64,000 bases of DNA from an uncultured Acidobacteriota bacterium (GTDB taxonomy: Bacteria; Acidobacteriota; Thermoanaerobaculia; UBA5066; Gp7-AA6): assembly GCA_963764715.1 (NCBI GenBank), contig CAVXTP010000022.1:320001-384000 (forward strand). The letters are read 5' to 3'. Position 1 is the first letter of the stretch. Every line of letters begins with the position of its first letter. The notes below the pieces were generated by a model. It ran no database searches. It was not told the origin of the DNA and worked only from the letters and a program-made list of their open reading frames with translations. A program made the translations under genes and the position numbers. Below are positions 30,742-40,760 of the stretch, in pieces.

Positions 30742-32104
30742 CTACGCCGCGAGGCGTCCCGCCAGTGAGTTGGGCAATCCCCGCGTGATCCGGACCCTGG
30801 ACGTAACGGCCCGGGGCGAGGGCGTCGGCCTCGGGTCCCGGCTCGAGGTGGACGATTCGGTTGCAGGGCGTGCGCCCCGTCGTCTGGCCGTGGCTGGTTG
30901 CGGCCCTCGACCAGGATCTCGAACTCCCGGCCGACGAGCCGCTCGTTTTCTTCCCGCTGGATCCCGGCCTGGAGGTCGAGGAGCGCCTGGAGGCGGCGGG
31001 CCGAGGTCTCCCCCGGCACCTCGATCTCGCTCCCCCACCGCGCCGAGGCCGTACCCGGCCGCGGCGAGTAGCGGAAGCCGAAGAGTCTCGAGAAGCGCAG
31101 GTCCCGAACGAGCGCGAGGGTGTCCTCGAAGTCGGCGTCGGTCTCGCCCGGGAAACCGACGATGAAGTCGGAGGTGACGGCGATGCCGGGCACCCGGCCG
31201 CCGGATGCGCCCGACGAGCTCGCGGTATTCGGACGAGGTGTACCGCCGCTTCATGCGCGAGAGCACGCGGTCCGACCCGGACTGGGCCGGCAGGTGCAGG
31301 TACGGAGCCAGCGTCTCCACCTCGTCGAGCGCCGCGAGGAGGTCCTCGTCGACCAGCCGCGGGTGCGAGGTGATGAAGCGAAGGCGCCGCAGGCCCTCGA
31401 CCCGCCCGGCGCGCCGCAGAAGCTCGCCCAGGCCGAAGCCCTCCCGCGGCTCGCGGTAGGCGTTGACGGTCTGGCCGAGCAGCGTGACCTCGGTGTAGCC
31501 GCGGACCGCGAGATGCCGGACCTCCTCGACGATCTCGGCGGCCGACCGGCTGCGCTCCCGCCCCCGGGTGAACGGGACGATGCAGAAGGTGCAGTACTGG
31601 TCGCAGCCCTCGATGACCGTGACGTACGCCTGGAAGGCCGAGCCGCGGCTGATCTGGCGGAACTGGTAGACGGGGTCCTCTTCGGGAAGGTCGAGCTCGA
31701 GGGCCTGGCGCCGCTCGGCCCGCGCGGCGGCCGACGAGCTCGCCGACTCTCTCGACCTGGCCGGTCCCGGCCACGAAGTCGACCCAGGGGGCGCGCTCCA
31801 GGATCTCGGGCCCGGAGACCTGGGCGACGCAACCCGTCACGCCGACGACGAGCTCCGGGTCCTCCTGCTTGCGGCGCGCGAGGACGCCGAGCGCGCTGAA
31901 GACCTTGTCCTGGGCCTTCTCCCGAACCGCGCAGGTGTTCAGGATGACGACCTTCGCCTCGGCCTCGGCGCCCGCCGCGCGGGCGATGCCGAGCGCCTCG
32001 AGCTGCCCTGCCATGCGCTCGCCGTCGAGCACGTTCATCTGGCAGCCCCAGGTCTCGACCCGGTAGGTTTCGCGCGGCGCCCGCACGGGCAGGGTCGGCG
32101 TCAT
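30742..32104 (-). CDS. miaB: tRNA methylthiotransferase MiaB, interrupted by four single-base frameshifts
   Basis: [51 protein letters not shown] and a TRAM domain, spread over successive frames. Confidence 0.9.
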
Positions 32105-32805
32105 TCGCGGATCCAACCCGGCAGCGCTCCGGCCTTGCGCGCCCGTTCCGGCAGATCGGCGAGGTTCTTCTCGGCCTCCGCGAGCTGCCGCTTCGCGTCC
32201 TCCAGGTCCGAGAGCGCGCGGTCCCAGGACGGCTTGATGACGCGGTCGCGGTACTGGCCGTCGTCCCAGGCGTAGAAGTCGTTCTCGAGCTTCCGGGCCG
32301 TCGCCGTGAGCTCCGAGACGCGGGCCTTCGCGTCCGCCACGGCCTTGCGGTCGTGGCGCGCGATCTCCTGCCACTCCGCCTCGCCTCCGCCCTGGGGCGT
32401 CGGGGCGGCGGCGGGGGCGACGCCCTCCGGCGCCTTGCCCGGCCCGGCCGCGGCGGCGGCGACGGGGGTCCGCGTCGGGAGAACGGCCGAGGTCGAGAGC
32501 CGCCCCTTGTCGGGGTTCTTGACGAGCGAGCGGTTGTCGATCGTGACGGCGCCCTTTTCCGCCGGAGCGGCGGCAATGTCGCGGCTCTCCTGGGCGGCGC
32601 GGACGACGTCGGCCATGCTCTGGCCGCCGTCCGTGACCGAGGGCGCGACCGGGGTCGCGCGGGGTCGGCCGAATCCGCCCGAGAGCCGGGGGCGGGGCGT
32701 GGGCGTCGGTGTCGTCGCAGCGATGGCGAGCGACGCGGCCGCGAAGAGCCAGAGCGCGGTGCCGCCTCGGCGCGGCGCCCGCGGCGCGCGGAAGAGCCTG
32801 TTCAC
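32101..32805 (-). CDS. Secreted Pro-rich/coiled-coil hypothetical protein
   Basis: GTG overlaps the cupin stop; signal-like segment, low-complexity linker, C-terminal coiled coil ending [15 protein letters not shown]. Confidence 0.7.
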   Translation of the reverse strand: MNRLFRAPRAPRRGGTALWLFAAASLAIAATTPTPTPRPRLSGGFGRPRATPVAPSVTDGGQSMADVVRAAQESRDIAAAPAEKGAVTIDNRSLVKNPDKGRLSTSAVLPTRTPVAAAAAGPGKAPEGVAPAAAPTPQGGGEAEWQEIARHDRKAVADAKARVSELTATARKLENDFYAWDDGQYRDRVIKPSWDRALSDLEDAKRQLAEAEKNLADLPERARKAGALPGWIRE

Positions 32806-33161
32806 GGCGCCGTCGTTCCGGCGCGCCCGTAGGCGTCCTCGAGGCGGACCACGTCGTCGAGCTCGGGCGATGAAACCTCCACCAGCACGCACGGCCGCTC
32901 GGCCCGCATGCGATGCCGCATGCCGGGTGTGATCCGGAAGGACTCGCCCCGCGAGAGCCTCATCTGTTCGAGCCCCCTGGCCTCGTCCGCGCCCACCAGA
33001 AGAACGACCTCCCCTTCCAGAACGTAGAGCGTCTCGTCCTTTCTTTCATGGTACTGCAGCGAAAGGCTCTGTCCGGCGTCGATGTAGAGGAGCTTTCCGG
33101 CGTAGCGCTCGTTCTCGGCGAAGATCTCCTCGCGACCCCAGGGCTTGGGAACGACTCTCAT
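32802..33161 (-). CDS. Cupin domain protein (mannose-6-phosphate isomerase-like)
   Basis: VPKPWGRE, LSLQYHERKDETLYVLEG, PGMRHR, DDVVRLEDAYGR. Confidence 0.88.
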   Translation of the reverse strand: MRVVPKPWGREEIFAENERYAGKLLYIDAGQSLSLQYHERKDETLYVLEGEVVLLVGADEARGLEQMRLSRGESFRITPGMRHRMRAERPCVLVEVSSPELDDVVRLEDAYGRAGTTAP

Positions 33162-34846
33162 GCGTCTCCTCCGAAGAGCCTCTCGACCTCCGACGCCTCC
33201 GACGCGTCGAGGGCCTTCTCGGCGAGGACCCGCGCCCGCGAGACCTCGATTCCGAGCAGATTTTCCTTCACGCCGGGGATGGCGACGGGGGTGACCGAAA
33301 GGTCGGTGATGCCGAGACCCACGAGAACGGCGGCCCCGATCGGATCGGCGGCGAGCTCCCCGCAGACGGCGACGGGCCGGCCCTGCGCCTGCCCCGCGTC
33401 GACGACCATCCGGATCATCCTCAGGATCGCGGGATGCAGCGGCCGATAGAGGTCCGAGACGTCCGGGTTCGCACGGTCGACCGCCAGGCCGTATTGCGCG
33501 AGGTCGTTGGTTCCGATCGAGAAGAAGTCGGCCTCGGAGGCGAGGCGGTCCGCGAGGAGGGCCGCCGACGGGACCTCGATCATCACGCCGAGCTCGGGCA
33601 CCGGGGAGAGTCCCACGCGGGCCGCCGCCTTTTCGAGCGCCCGGCGCGCGGCTTTCAGCTCGGAGAGCGAGGTCACCATGGGAAGCAGGATGCGGAGCTT
33701 CCCCCGCCGGGCCGCCAGGCACAGGGCCGTCAGCTGCTCCGAGAAGAGCTCGGGGTTGGCCAGGCAGTACCGCAGGCCGCGGAGGCCCAGCGCTGGGTTC
33801 TCGCCGGGGGCGGGGCCGATGCCCTTCTCGCCGCCGAGATCGTACGTGCGGACCACGACCGGGTGCGGCGCCGCCGCGGCGAGCAGGGTCTCGTAGGCCG
33901 CCCGCTGCTCCTCGACGCCGGGCGAGTGCGGCAGCGCCCGCAGGTACAGGAACTCGGACCGGAAGAGGCCGACGCCCTCGGCCCGGAAGCGCTCGAGGGC
34001 CGGGATCTCCTCGGGAAGCTCGAGGTTGGCGCGCACGGCGATCCGGACCCCGTCGCGCGTGACGGCGACGCGCGCCGCCCGGCCGCGCTGGCGCCGGCTC
34101 TTCTCCCGTCCCTCGCGGACCCGACCGAGGCTCCGGCGGATGACCGCCATGGAAGGGTCCGCCTCGACCGTGCCCCGGTCGCCGTCGACGACGATGGGGC
34201 GCTCGGGCGAGACGAGCTCGCACAGGTCCGGGATCCCGACGACCGCCGGGAGACCGAACGAGCGGGCGATGATCGAGGCGTGGGAAGTGGGCCCGCCGCG
34301 CTCGAGCGCGAGCCCGCGGACCCGGCGGGGATCGAGCCGTGCGGCGTCGACCGGGGAGAGCTCGTCGGCCACGAGAATCGAGCCCCGCGGTAGGTCCGCC
34401 GGCACCGGCCGCTCGCCGCCCGACAGGTGCGCGGCGATCTCGCGGGCGACGTCGGCGATGTCGGCCTCGCGCTCGCGCATCGCGGCCGAGTCGGCGGCGG
34501 CGAGCCGCCCCCCGAGCTCGCGGGTGACCTCGGCCAGGGCCCACTCGGCGTTGACGCGCTCGCGCCGGATCCGGGCGACGATCGCGCCGAGGAACGTCTC
34601 GTCCTCCGCGATCAGCCCGTGCGCCTCGAGGATCGCGGCGAGCTCCGTTCCCATGGCGCCCTTGGACTCCCGGGAGTGGCGGGCGAAATCCTCGGCGGCC
34701 TTCGAGGCCGCGCGGCGCAGGCGCCGCTCCTCCCGGTCGAATTCCTCGGGGGCGACGGCGCGGCGGAACGCCGGCAGCCCTCCGAAGCGGATGATGACCG
34801 CACGGCCCACGGCCACGCCCGGCGAAACGGAGAGACCCTGCAGCAT
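33158..34846 (-). CDS. ptsI: PEP-protein phosphotransferase (PTS enzyme I)
   Basis: GGPTSHASIIAR, GVGLFRSEFL, ENPALGLRGLR, SIGTNDLAQY, VCGELA. Confidence 0.96.
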   Translation of the reverse strand: MLQGLSVSPGVAVGRAVIIRFGGLPAFRRAVAPEEFDREERRLRRAASKAAEDFARHSRESKGAMGTELAAILEAHGLIAEDETFLGAIVARIRRERVNAEWALAEVTRELGGRLAAADSAAMREREADIADVAREIAAHLSGGERPVPADLPRGSILVADELSPVDAARLDPRRVRGLALERGGPTSHASIIARSFGLPAVVGIPDLCELVSPERPIVVDGDRGTVEADPSMAVIRRSLGRVREGREKSRRQRGRAARVAVTRDGVRIAVRANLELPEEIPALERFRAEGVGLFRSEFLYLRALPHSPGVEEQRAAYETLLAAAAPHPVVVRTYDLGGEKGIGPAPGENPALGLRGLRYCLANPELFSEQLTALCLAARRGKLRILLPMVTSLSELKAARRALEKAAARVGLSPVPELGVMIEVPSAALLADRLASEADFFSIGTNDLAQYGLAVDRANPDVSDLYRPLHPAILRMIRMVVDAGQAQGRPVAVCGELAADPIGAAVLVGLGITDLSVTPVAIPGVKENLLGIEVSRARVLAEKALDASEASEVERLFGGDA

Positions 34847-34864
34847 GGCGGGCGCCCGGCCCGG

Positions 34865-35134
34865 TTACTCTTCCTCGTCGAAGCTTCGGGCGATGAGGTC
34901 CTCGACGGCGGCGAACGCGTCCTTCTCGTCCGCCCCCGTCACCGCGAGGGTGATCCGGGTTCCCTGCGACGCCGCGAGCAGCAGGATGCCGAGGATGCTC
35001 TTGCCGTCGACCTCCTCGCCGTTCTTCCGGATCTTCACTTCCGACTTGAACCGGCTGGCGGTCTGGACGAACTTGGCGGCGGCCCGGGCGTGCAGGCCGA
35101 GACGGTTGCGGATGGCGAGCTCGCGTTCGATCAC
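34865..35134 (-). CDS. ptsH: Phosphocarrier protein HPr
   Basis: NRLGLHARAAAKFV, DGKSILGILLL. Confidence 0.95.
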   Translation of the reverse strand: MIERELAIRNRLGLHARAAAKFVQTASRFKSEVKIRKNGEEVDGKSILGILLLAASQGTRITLAVTGADEKDAFAAVEDLIARSFDEEE

Positions 35135-35583
35135 GGGTTCTCTTTCTGCGAGACGACGACGCCGGCCGGCGCCGGCGTCGCTTCCTCCGCCAGCAGGTCC
35201 GAGGCCACGTAGATCGAGCGCTGGCCCCGGTCCTTGGCGACGTGGGCGACCTCGGTGACCGGGCGGCCGCTCTTCTGGAGCGAGGCGCACTTCAGGACCA
35301 TCGGGAGGTTGACCCCGGTGACGATCTCGACCTGGTCCTTGGCGAGGAATGGCAGGGTCAGGTTCGTCGGGGTCCCGCCGAACATGTCGGTCAGGATGAC
35401 CGCCCCTTCCCCGGCGTCGGCCTCCGCGAGGCCCCGGCGGATCTTCTCGCGGGCGTCCTCGCCCGTCTCGCTCCACTCCAGGGAGACGGCCACGATCCGC
35501 TCCAGGCCCGGCTGGATCGTGAGCGCGGCGGCGCGAAGCTCTTCCGCGAGCTTGCCGTGGGTGACGAGCAGGATGCCGATCAT
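35131..35583 (-). CDS. PTS mannose/fructose-type EIIA component
   Basis: IGILLVTHG, LTDMFGGTPTN, TGVNLPM. Confidence 0.92.
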   Translation of the reverse strand: MIGILLVTHGKLAEELRAAALTIQPGLERIVAVSLEWSETGEDAREKIRRGLAEADAGEGAVILTDMFGGTPTNLTLPFLAKDQVEIVTGVNLPMVLKCASLQKSGRPVTEVAHVAKDRGQRSIYVASDLLAEEATPAPAGVVVSQKENP

Positions 35584-35601
35584 CGGGAGGAGCGCATTAT
35601 C

Positions 35602-36489
35602 TCATTCGCGGGTCGCGTCACGATGGGAGACCCGGACGGGGTAACCCTTCTCCTGGAGCCGGCCCGCGAGCTGCTCGGCGATGTAGACGGAGCGGTGCTT
35701 TCCGCCGGTGCAGCCGATGCCGATCGACAGATAGCTCTTCCCTTCCTTCTCGAACCGGGGCACGAGGTAGTCGAGAAACTGGACGAGGTGGTCGAGGAAG
35801 GAACCGGTCTCGGGGTCCTGCTCGATGTAGGCCGCGACCGCCGGGTCCATCCCGGTCTTTCCCTTGAGCTCCGGCACGAAGTGCGGGTTGACGAGGAACC
35901 GCACGTCGAAAAGCAGGTCGACGTCGTGCGGCGTCCCGAACTTGTACCCGAACGAGGTGGCCGAGATGACCATGCCGCGGCTCTCGGGGTCGCCGACGAA
36001 GGTCTTCTGCATGAAGGAGCGCAGCTCGTGCACCGTCATCACGGACGTGTCGACGACGACGTCGGCGACGGCGCGCACTTCCTTGAGCATCGCGCGCTCG
36101 CTGCGGAGCGCCTCGAGGAGGGACTTGCGCCCCGCCAGCGGGTGCGGCCGCCGGGTTTCCGAAAACCGGCGGATCAGGGATTCCTCGGAGGCGTCGAGGA
36201 AGAGCAGCCGCGCGCCCGGGACCCGCTGCCGCAGGCGAGCGAGGATCTCGGGGAACCGCGTCGCGAAGTCTGGGTTGCGGATGTCGAGGATGATCCCGAC
36301 GCGCTTCTTCCCGGTGACCTGGTCGAGGAGCGGCTCGAGCAGGTCGAGCGGCAGGTTATCGACGCAGAAGTACCCCATGTCCTCGAGGCACTTGTTGACC
36401 CAGCTCTTGCCGGAGCCCGAGAGCCCCGTGACGATGACGAGGCTCTCGGGGACGCTCGGCGGAGCGGCCCCGCCCGCGGACTCGGTCAC
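35602..36489 (-). CDS. rapZ: RNase adapter RapZ/YvcJ family
   Basis: VTGLSGSGKS, CVDNLP, RRFSETRRPHPL, GCTGGKHRSV. Confidence 0.95.
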   Translation of the reverse strand: MTESAGGAAPPSVPESLVIVTGLSGSGKSWVNKCLEDMGYFCVDNLPLDLLEPLLDQVTGKKRVGIILDIRNPDFATRFPEILARLRQRVPGARLLFLDASEESLIRRFSETRRPHPLAGRKSLLEALRSERAMLKEVRAVADVVVDTSVMTVHELRSFMQKTFVGDPESRGMVISATSFGYKFGTPHDVDLLFDVRFLVNPHFVPELKGKTGMDPAVAAYIEQDPETGSFLDHLVQFLDYLVPRFEKEGKSYLSIGIGCTGGKHRSVYIAEQLAGRLQEKGYPVRVSHRDATRE

Positions 36490-37463
36490 CGCAGCCCGCC
36501 CTCGGCCGCGGCGTTCTTGGCGATCTCCTCGTCGACGCGCCGCGCGAATTCCTTGGCCGCGTCGTAGCCCTGGCTCTTCAGCAGCTCGTTGCGGGCCGCG
36601 ATCTCGATCAGGAGAGCGAGGTTGCGGCCCGAGGCCACGGGCAGCCGCAGCAGCGGGAGGTCGCGGTCGAGGATCACGTAGGTTTCGCCGTCGAGCCCCA
36701 GCCGGTCGTACTTCTTGGCGGGGTCCCAGCGCTGGAGCTCGATGACCATCTCGATCGACTTCGAGCTGCGGACCGCCGAGACGCCGAAGAGGTGCTTGAT
36801 GTTGATGATGCCGATGCCCCGCAGCTCCATGTGGTACCGGATCATCTCGGCCGCGCGGCCGACGAGGGCCCCGCTCGGGTAGCGCCGGATCTCGACGGCG
36901 TCGTCGGCCACGAGGCGGTGGCCGCGGTGCACGAGGTCGAGGGCGCACTCGCTCTTTCCGATGCCCGACTCGCCCAGCAGCAGCACGCCCATGCCGTAGA
37001 CGTCGACGAGGACGCCGTGGAGGGTCGTCGAGGGGGCGAGCGAATCCTCGAGGACGCGGGTGATCGACTGGATGACGACCGAGGTCGTCTTGTCCGAGAC
37101 GAGCAGCGGGATCTCGCGCAGGCGGCACTCGCGCGCGATGTCGTCCGGCGGGAGCTGCCCCTTCGTGATGACGAATGCCGCGACCGGCAGCGCGCAGATC
37201 GATTGGATCCGCTCGCGCCGCACGGCCTCGGGCATCGTGTCGAGGTAGTTGAGCTCGCTCTCGCCGAGGATCTGGATCCGGCCCGGCTTGATGTACGGGA
37301 GGAAGCCCGCCAGGGCGAGGCCGGGACGCTGGATCCGCCCCCAGTGGATCGGGCGGTGGAAGCCGGCCTCCCCCGTCACGACGCGCATCTCGAGGTCTTC
37401 GAGCTCGCGGGAGCGCAGGATCTCGGCCGTCAGGGACACGGGCTTCGTGGTCTGGCCGCTCAC
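36486..37463 (-). CDS. hprK: HPr kinase/phosphorylase
   Basis: RPGLALAG, HGVLVDVYGMGVLLLGESGIGKSE, LVADDAV, ELRGIGII. Confidence 0.96.
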   Translation of the reverse strand: MSGQTTKPVSLTAEILRSRELEDLEMRVVTGEAGFHRPIHWGRIQRPGLALAGFLPYIKPGRIQILGESELNYLDTMPEAVRRERIQSICALPVAAFVITKGQLPPDDIARECRLREIPLLVSDKTTSVVIQSITRVLEDSLAPSTTLHGVLVDVYGMGVLLLGESGIGKSECALDLVHRGHRLVADDAVEIRRYPSGALVGRAAEMIRYHMELRGIGIINIKHLFGVSAVRSSKSIEMVIELQRWDPAKKYDRLGLDGETYVILDRDLPLLRLPVASGRNLALLIEIAARNELLKSQGYDAAKEFARRVDEEIAKNAAAEGGLR

Positions 37464-37972
37464 GCCGGGCCTCCCGCCGAGGCTTCGGCGGTGCGGAGGA
37501 TCGACGCCAGGGCGTCGGCCGAGCCCGCGCCGCGCAGGGCGTCGGCGATTCCCGGCACCCGCAGGAGGCGCGAGACCCGCGCGACGGCCTGGAGGTGGGC
37601 CGCGGCGGCCTGGGTCGGCGAGACCACGAGAAACACGAGGTCGACGGGAACGCCGTCGAGCGCCCCGAAATCCACGGGCTGCGCGGTCGTCGCGAAGGCC
37701 ACGACCTCGCGGTCGACCGAGTCGAGGCGGCAGTGCGGAATCGCGATGCCGCGACCCACGCCCGTGCAGCCGTCGCGCTCGCGCTTGACGAGCCGCTCGA
37801 CGAGCTCCCCGTCGTCGCGCACCGCGCCGGCGCCGGCCAGCCGGCCGGCGAGCTCCTCGAAGAGCGCGTCCCGGGTCGCGCCCGGGATGCGGAAGAAAAC
37901 GAGGCGGGGGTCGATCAGGCCGTCCCGCCGCGACGCCTGGCCCTCGACGCCTTCGGCCGCCCCGATCAGCAT
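37460..37972 (-). CDS. ptsN: PTS EIIA-Ntr-like protein
   Basis: RERDGCTGVGRGIAIPH, VDFGALDGVPVDLVFL. Confidence 0.88.
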   Translation of the reverse strand: MLIGAAEGVEGQASRRDGLIDPRLVFFRIPGATRDALFEELAGRLAGAGAVRDDGELVERLVKRERDGCTGVGRGIAIPHCRLDSVDREVVAFATTAQPVDFGALDGVPVDLVFLVVSPTQAAAAHLQAVARVSRLLRVPGIADALRGAGSADALASILRTAEASAGGPA

Positions 37973-38529
37973 TCCGGCACGATCAGTCCGAAGTCGCCGT
38001 CGCGCCTCCGGTAGATCACGGACACCCGGTTGTCGGAGGGGTCCCGGAACACGAGCACGTCCTGGCCCGAGGACTCGAGCGCCAGCGCGGCCTCGTCGAC
38101 GCCCATCGGCTTGACGGCCGGCGGCCGCATCCGCACGACGCGGCCCCGCCTCGGCTCGGAGGCCTCGGGCTCGGGCGCCGCGGCGAGCGCGAGCGGCTCG
38201 TTGCGCCAGCCCTTGGGAAGGAACCGCTGCCAGGTCCGGTGCTTGCGGTCGCGCCGCTTCTCCGTGTCGCGCATCGCCTGGGCGTCGATCTTCTCGAACG
38301 CCGCCGCGACGGCCGCGCGCGGGTCGGCCGTCTCCTCCTGCGCCTTCCAGCGCCGCCTCCGGTGGATGGCGAGGACCTCCGCTCCGAACCGGTGCTTCTC
38401 GTGGGACAGGACGACGCGCACCTCGGCGGGTCCGCCGAGGTGGCGCTCGAGCCTCTGGGTCCGCTCCTCCGCGAGCTCCTTCAGGGACGGGGTGACTTCG
38501 ACGTTGCGTCCGGTGCATTCGACGGCCAT
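37966..38529 (-). CDS. hpf: Ribosome hibernation promoting factor (long HPF)
   Basis: TGRNVEVTPSL; C-terminal KPMGVDEAAL..VIYRRRDGDFGLI; follows rpoN. Confidence 0.92.
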   Translation of the reverse strand: MAVECTGRNVEVTPSLKELAEERTQRLERHLGGPAEVRVVLSHEKHRFGAEVLAIHRRRRWKAQEETADPRAAVAAAFEKIDAQAMRDTEKRRDRKHRTWQRFLPKGWRNEPLALAAAPEPEASEPRRGRVVRMRPPAVKPMGVDEAALALESSGQDVLVFRDPSDNRVSVIYRRRDGDFGLIVPEC

Positions 38530-38540
38530 CGGAGGTCCTC

Positions 38541-39992
38541 CTAAAAATTCTGTTTGCGCTGGGAGGAGGAAGGGATGCGCAGTTCCTCGCGGTATTTCGC
38601 GACGGTCCGCCGCGCGATCTGGATTCCCTCGGCCCGGAGCTTCTGCATGATCCGGGCGTCCGAGTGCGGCCGGCGGCCGTCCTCGTCCTGCACGATGCGG
38701 GCGATCTTGTTCTTGATCGAGAGGGACGAGACGTCGTCGCCGGTGGAGGAGTCGATGCCGCTGTGGAAAAAGTACTTCATGGGGAAGAGTCCCCGCGGCG
38801 TGTGGATGTACTTGTTGGAGACGACGCGCGAGACCGTCGACTCGTGCATCCCGATGTCGTTGGCCACGTCCCGCAGGACGAGGGGCCGCAGGTGCTCGAT
38901 GCCGTGGTCGAGGAACGCCCGCTGGTGGCGGACGATCGAGTCGGCGACCTTGTAGATCGTCCGCTGCCGCTGGTCGAGGCTCTTGATGAGCCAGATCGCC
39001 GAGCGCATCTTGTCCTTGAGGTAGTTCGCGGCCTCCGAGCCGATGGCCCCGTTCCCGCTCCGCAGGAGCTTGCGGTACGCGGCCGAGATCCGCAGCTTCG
39101 GAAGACCGTCCTCGGAAAGCTGGATGACGTACTCGTCGCTGATCTTGCGCACGAAGACGTCGGGCTCGACGTAGATCGTGCGCTCGCTCGAATACTTGCG
39201 GCCGGGCTTGGGCTCGAGATTTTTGATGATCTCGAAGGCCGCCTGGATCTCGGCCATCCCGACGTTCAACGTCTTCGCGAGCGGAGCGAACTGCCGGTTG
39301 AGAAACGCCGGCCAGTGCTCCCGGATGATCGTCTCGATCAGGGGGTTCTCGATGCCGAGGGCCTTGAGCTGGAGCAGCAGGCAGTCCGGCAGGTCGAAGG
39401 CCCCGACGCCCTGCGGGTCGAGGGAACGGACGAGGGCGATCGCCGCCTCGACGTTGGCCTCGTCCTCGAAGTCCGCCTCCCGGATCTCCTCGCGCGTGAC
39501 CCGCAGGTAGCCGTCCTCGTCGATGTTGCCGACGAGGTAGGTCGCGATCTCGCGCACCTCGGGGCTCGCTTCCGACATCGAGAGCTGCCAGAGAAGGTGC
39601 TCGGGCAGCCCCTCGGGGCGGGTCAGGACGTTGTCGAGCGAGAACTCCTCGGGCTGCTCCTGGTACTGGCGGGGGTTGTAGGCGGAGTCGAGGTAGTCCT
39701 CGAAGTACGAGTTGAAGTCGATCTCTTCGAAGGAATCGCGCTCTTTTTCCTCGCCCGCCGCGGCCGCTTCGACGGGCGGGGCGTCCTCGTTCTGGCGGTC
39801 CGCCTCGGCGGCCGTCTCGTTCTCGACGACCTCGTCCTGCTCCTCGAGGACCGGGTTCTCGACGACCTCCTGGGTGAGGACCTCCTGCAGCTCGAGCCGG
39901 GACATCTGCAGGAGCTTGATGGCCTGCTGCAGCGACGGCGTCATCACCAGTCGCTGCGACAGCCTCAGGTTGAGCTTCTGTTCCAGGGCCAT
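38541..39992 (-). CDS. rpoN: RNA polymerase sigma-54 factor
   Basis: MTPSLQQAIKLLQ, HESTVSR, RpoN box ARRTVAKYRE. Confidence 0.98.
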   Translation of the reverse strand: MALEQKLNLRLSQRLVMTPSLQQAIKLLQMSRLELQEVLTQEVVENPVLEEQDEVVENETAAEADRQNEDAPPVEAAAAGEEKERDSFEEIDFNSYFEDYLDSAYNPRQYQEQPEEFSLDNVLTRPEGLPEHLLWQLSMSEASPEVREIATYLVGNIDEDGYLRVTREEIREADFEDEANVEAAIALVRSLDPQGVGAFDLPDCLLLQLKALGIENPLIETIIREHWPAFLNRQFAPLAKTLNVGMAEIQAAFEIIKNLEPKPGRKYSSERTIYVEPDVFVRKISDEYVIQLSEDGLPKLRISAAYRKLLRSGNGAIGSEAANYLKDKMRSAIWLIKSLDQRQRTIYKVADSIVRHQRAFLDHGIEHLRPLVLRDVANDIGMHESTVSRVVSNKYIHTPRGLFPMKYFFHSGIDSSTGDDVSSLSIKNKIARIVQDEDGRRPHSDARIMQKLRAEGIQIARRTVAKYREELRIPSSSQRKQNF

Positions 39993-40004
39993 AAAGACAC
40001 CGGC

Positions 40005-40760
40005 TCAGTGAAGCCGGAAACTTTCTCCCAGATAGATCTTTCGAACGGCGGCGTCGCTCGAGAGTGCAAGAGGCGTGCCCGAGCGAAGGATCTCTCCCCC
40101 GTGAATTATATAAGCCCGGTCGACGATGGACAAAGTCTCCCGCACGTTGTGGTCCGTCACGAGGACGCCGATGCCGGAAGAGGCCAGCCGGCGGACGATC
40201 TGCTGAATGTCGAGGACCGCGATGGGGTCGATTCCGGCAAAGGGCTCGTCCAGCAGGAGGAAGTAGGGGGACAGGACCAGGCTGCGGGCGATCTCGACCC
40301 GCCGGCGCTCGCCGCCCGAGAGCGTGTAGGCGCGGTGACCGCGGAGCTTTTCCAGGCCGAACTCCGCCAGGAGCGCGTCGCAGCGCTCGGCCCGCTCCGG
40401 CGGGGAGAGCTCCAGCGTCTCGAGGATCGCAAGGAGGTTCTCCTCCACGGTCATCTTCCGGAAGACCGACGGCTCCTGCGGCAGGTACGAGATGCCGGCA
40501 CGGGCGCGGCGGTACATCGGAAGGTCCGTCAGGTCGCGGTCGCCCAGGCGCACGACGCCCTGGTCCGGAGCGACGAGGCCGACGACGATCGAAAAGGTCG
40601 TCGTCTTCCCCGCACCGTTGGGGCCGAGCAGCCCGACGATCTCGCCCGAGCCGATCTCGAGCGAGACGCCGCGCACGACCGTCCGCCCGCCGTAGGCCTT
40701 GGCGAGGCCTTCGGCGGAGAGGACCGGCCGGTCTCCGGATCTCGGAACGCTCTGGCTCAA
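40005..40760 (-). CDS. lptB: LPS export ABC ATPase
   Basis: [50 protein letters not shown]. Confidence 0.96.
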   Translation of the reverse strand: MSQSVPRSGDRPVLSAEGLAKAYGGRTVVRGVSLEIGSGEIVGLLGPNGAGKTTTFSIVVGLVAPDQGVVRLGDRDLTDLPMYRRARAGISYLPQEPSVFRKMTVEENLLAILETLELSPPERAERCDALLAEFGLEKLRGHRAYTLSGGERRRVEIARSLVLSPYFLLLDEPFAGIDPIAVLDIQQIVRRLASSGIGVLVTDHNVRETLSIVDRAYIIHGGEILRSGTPLALSSDAAVRKIYLGESFRLH

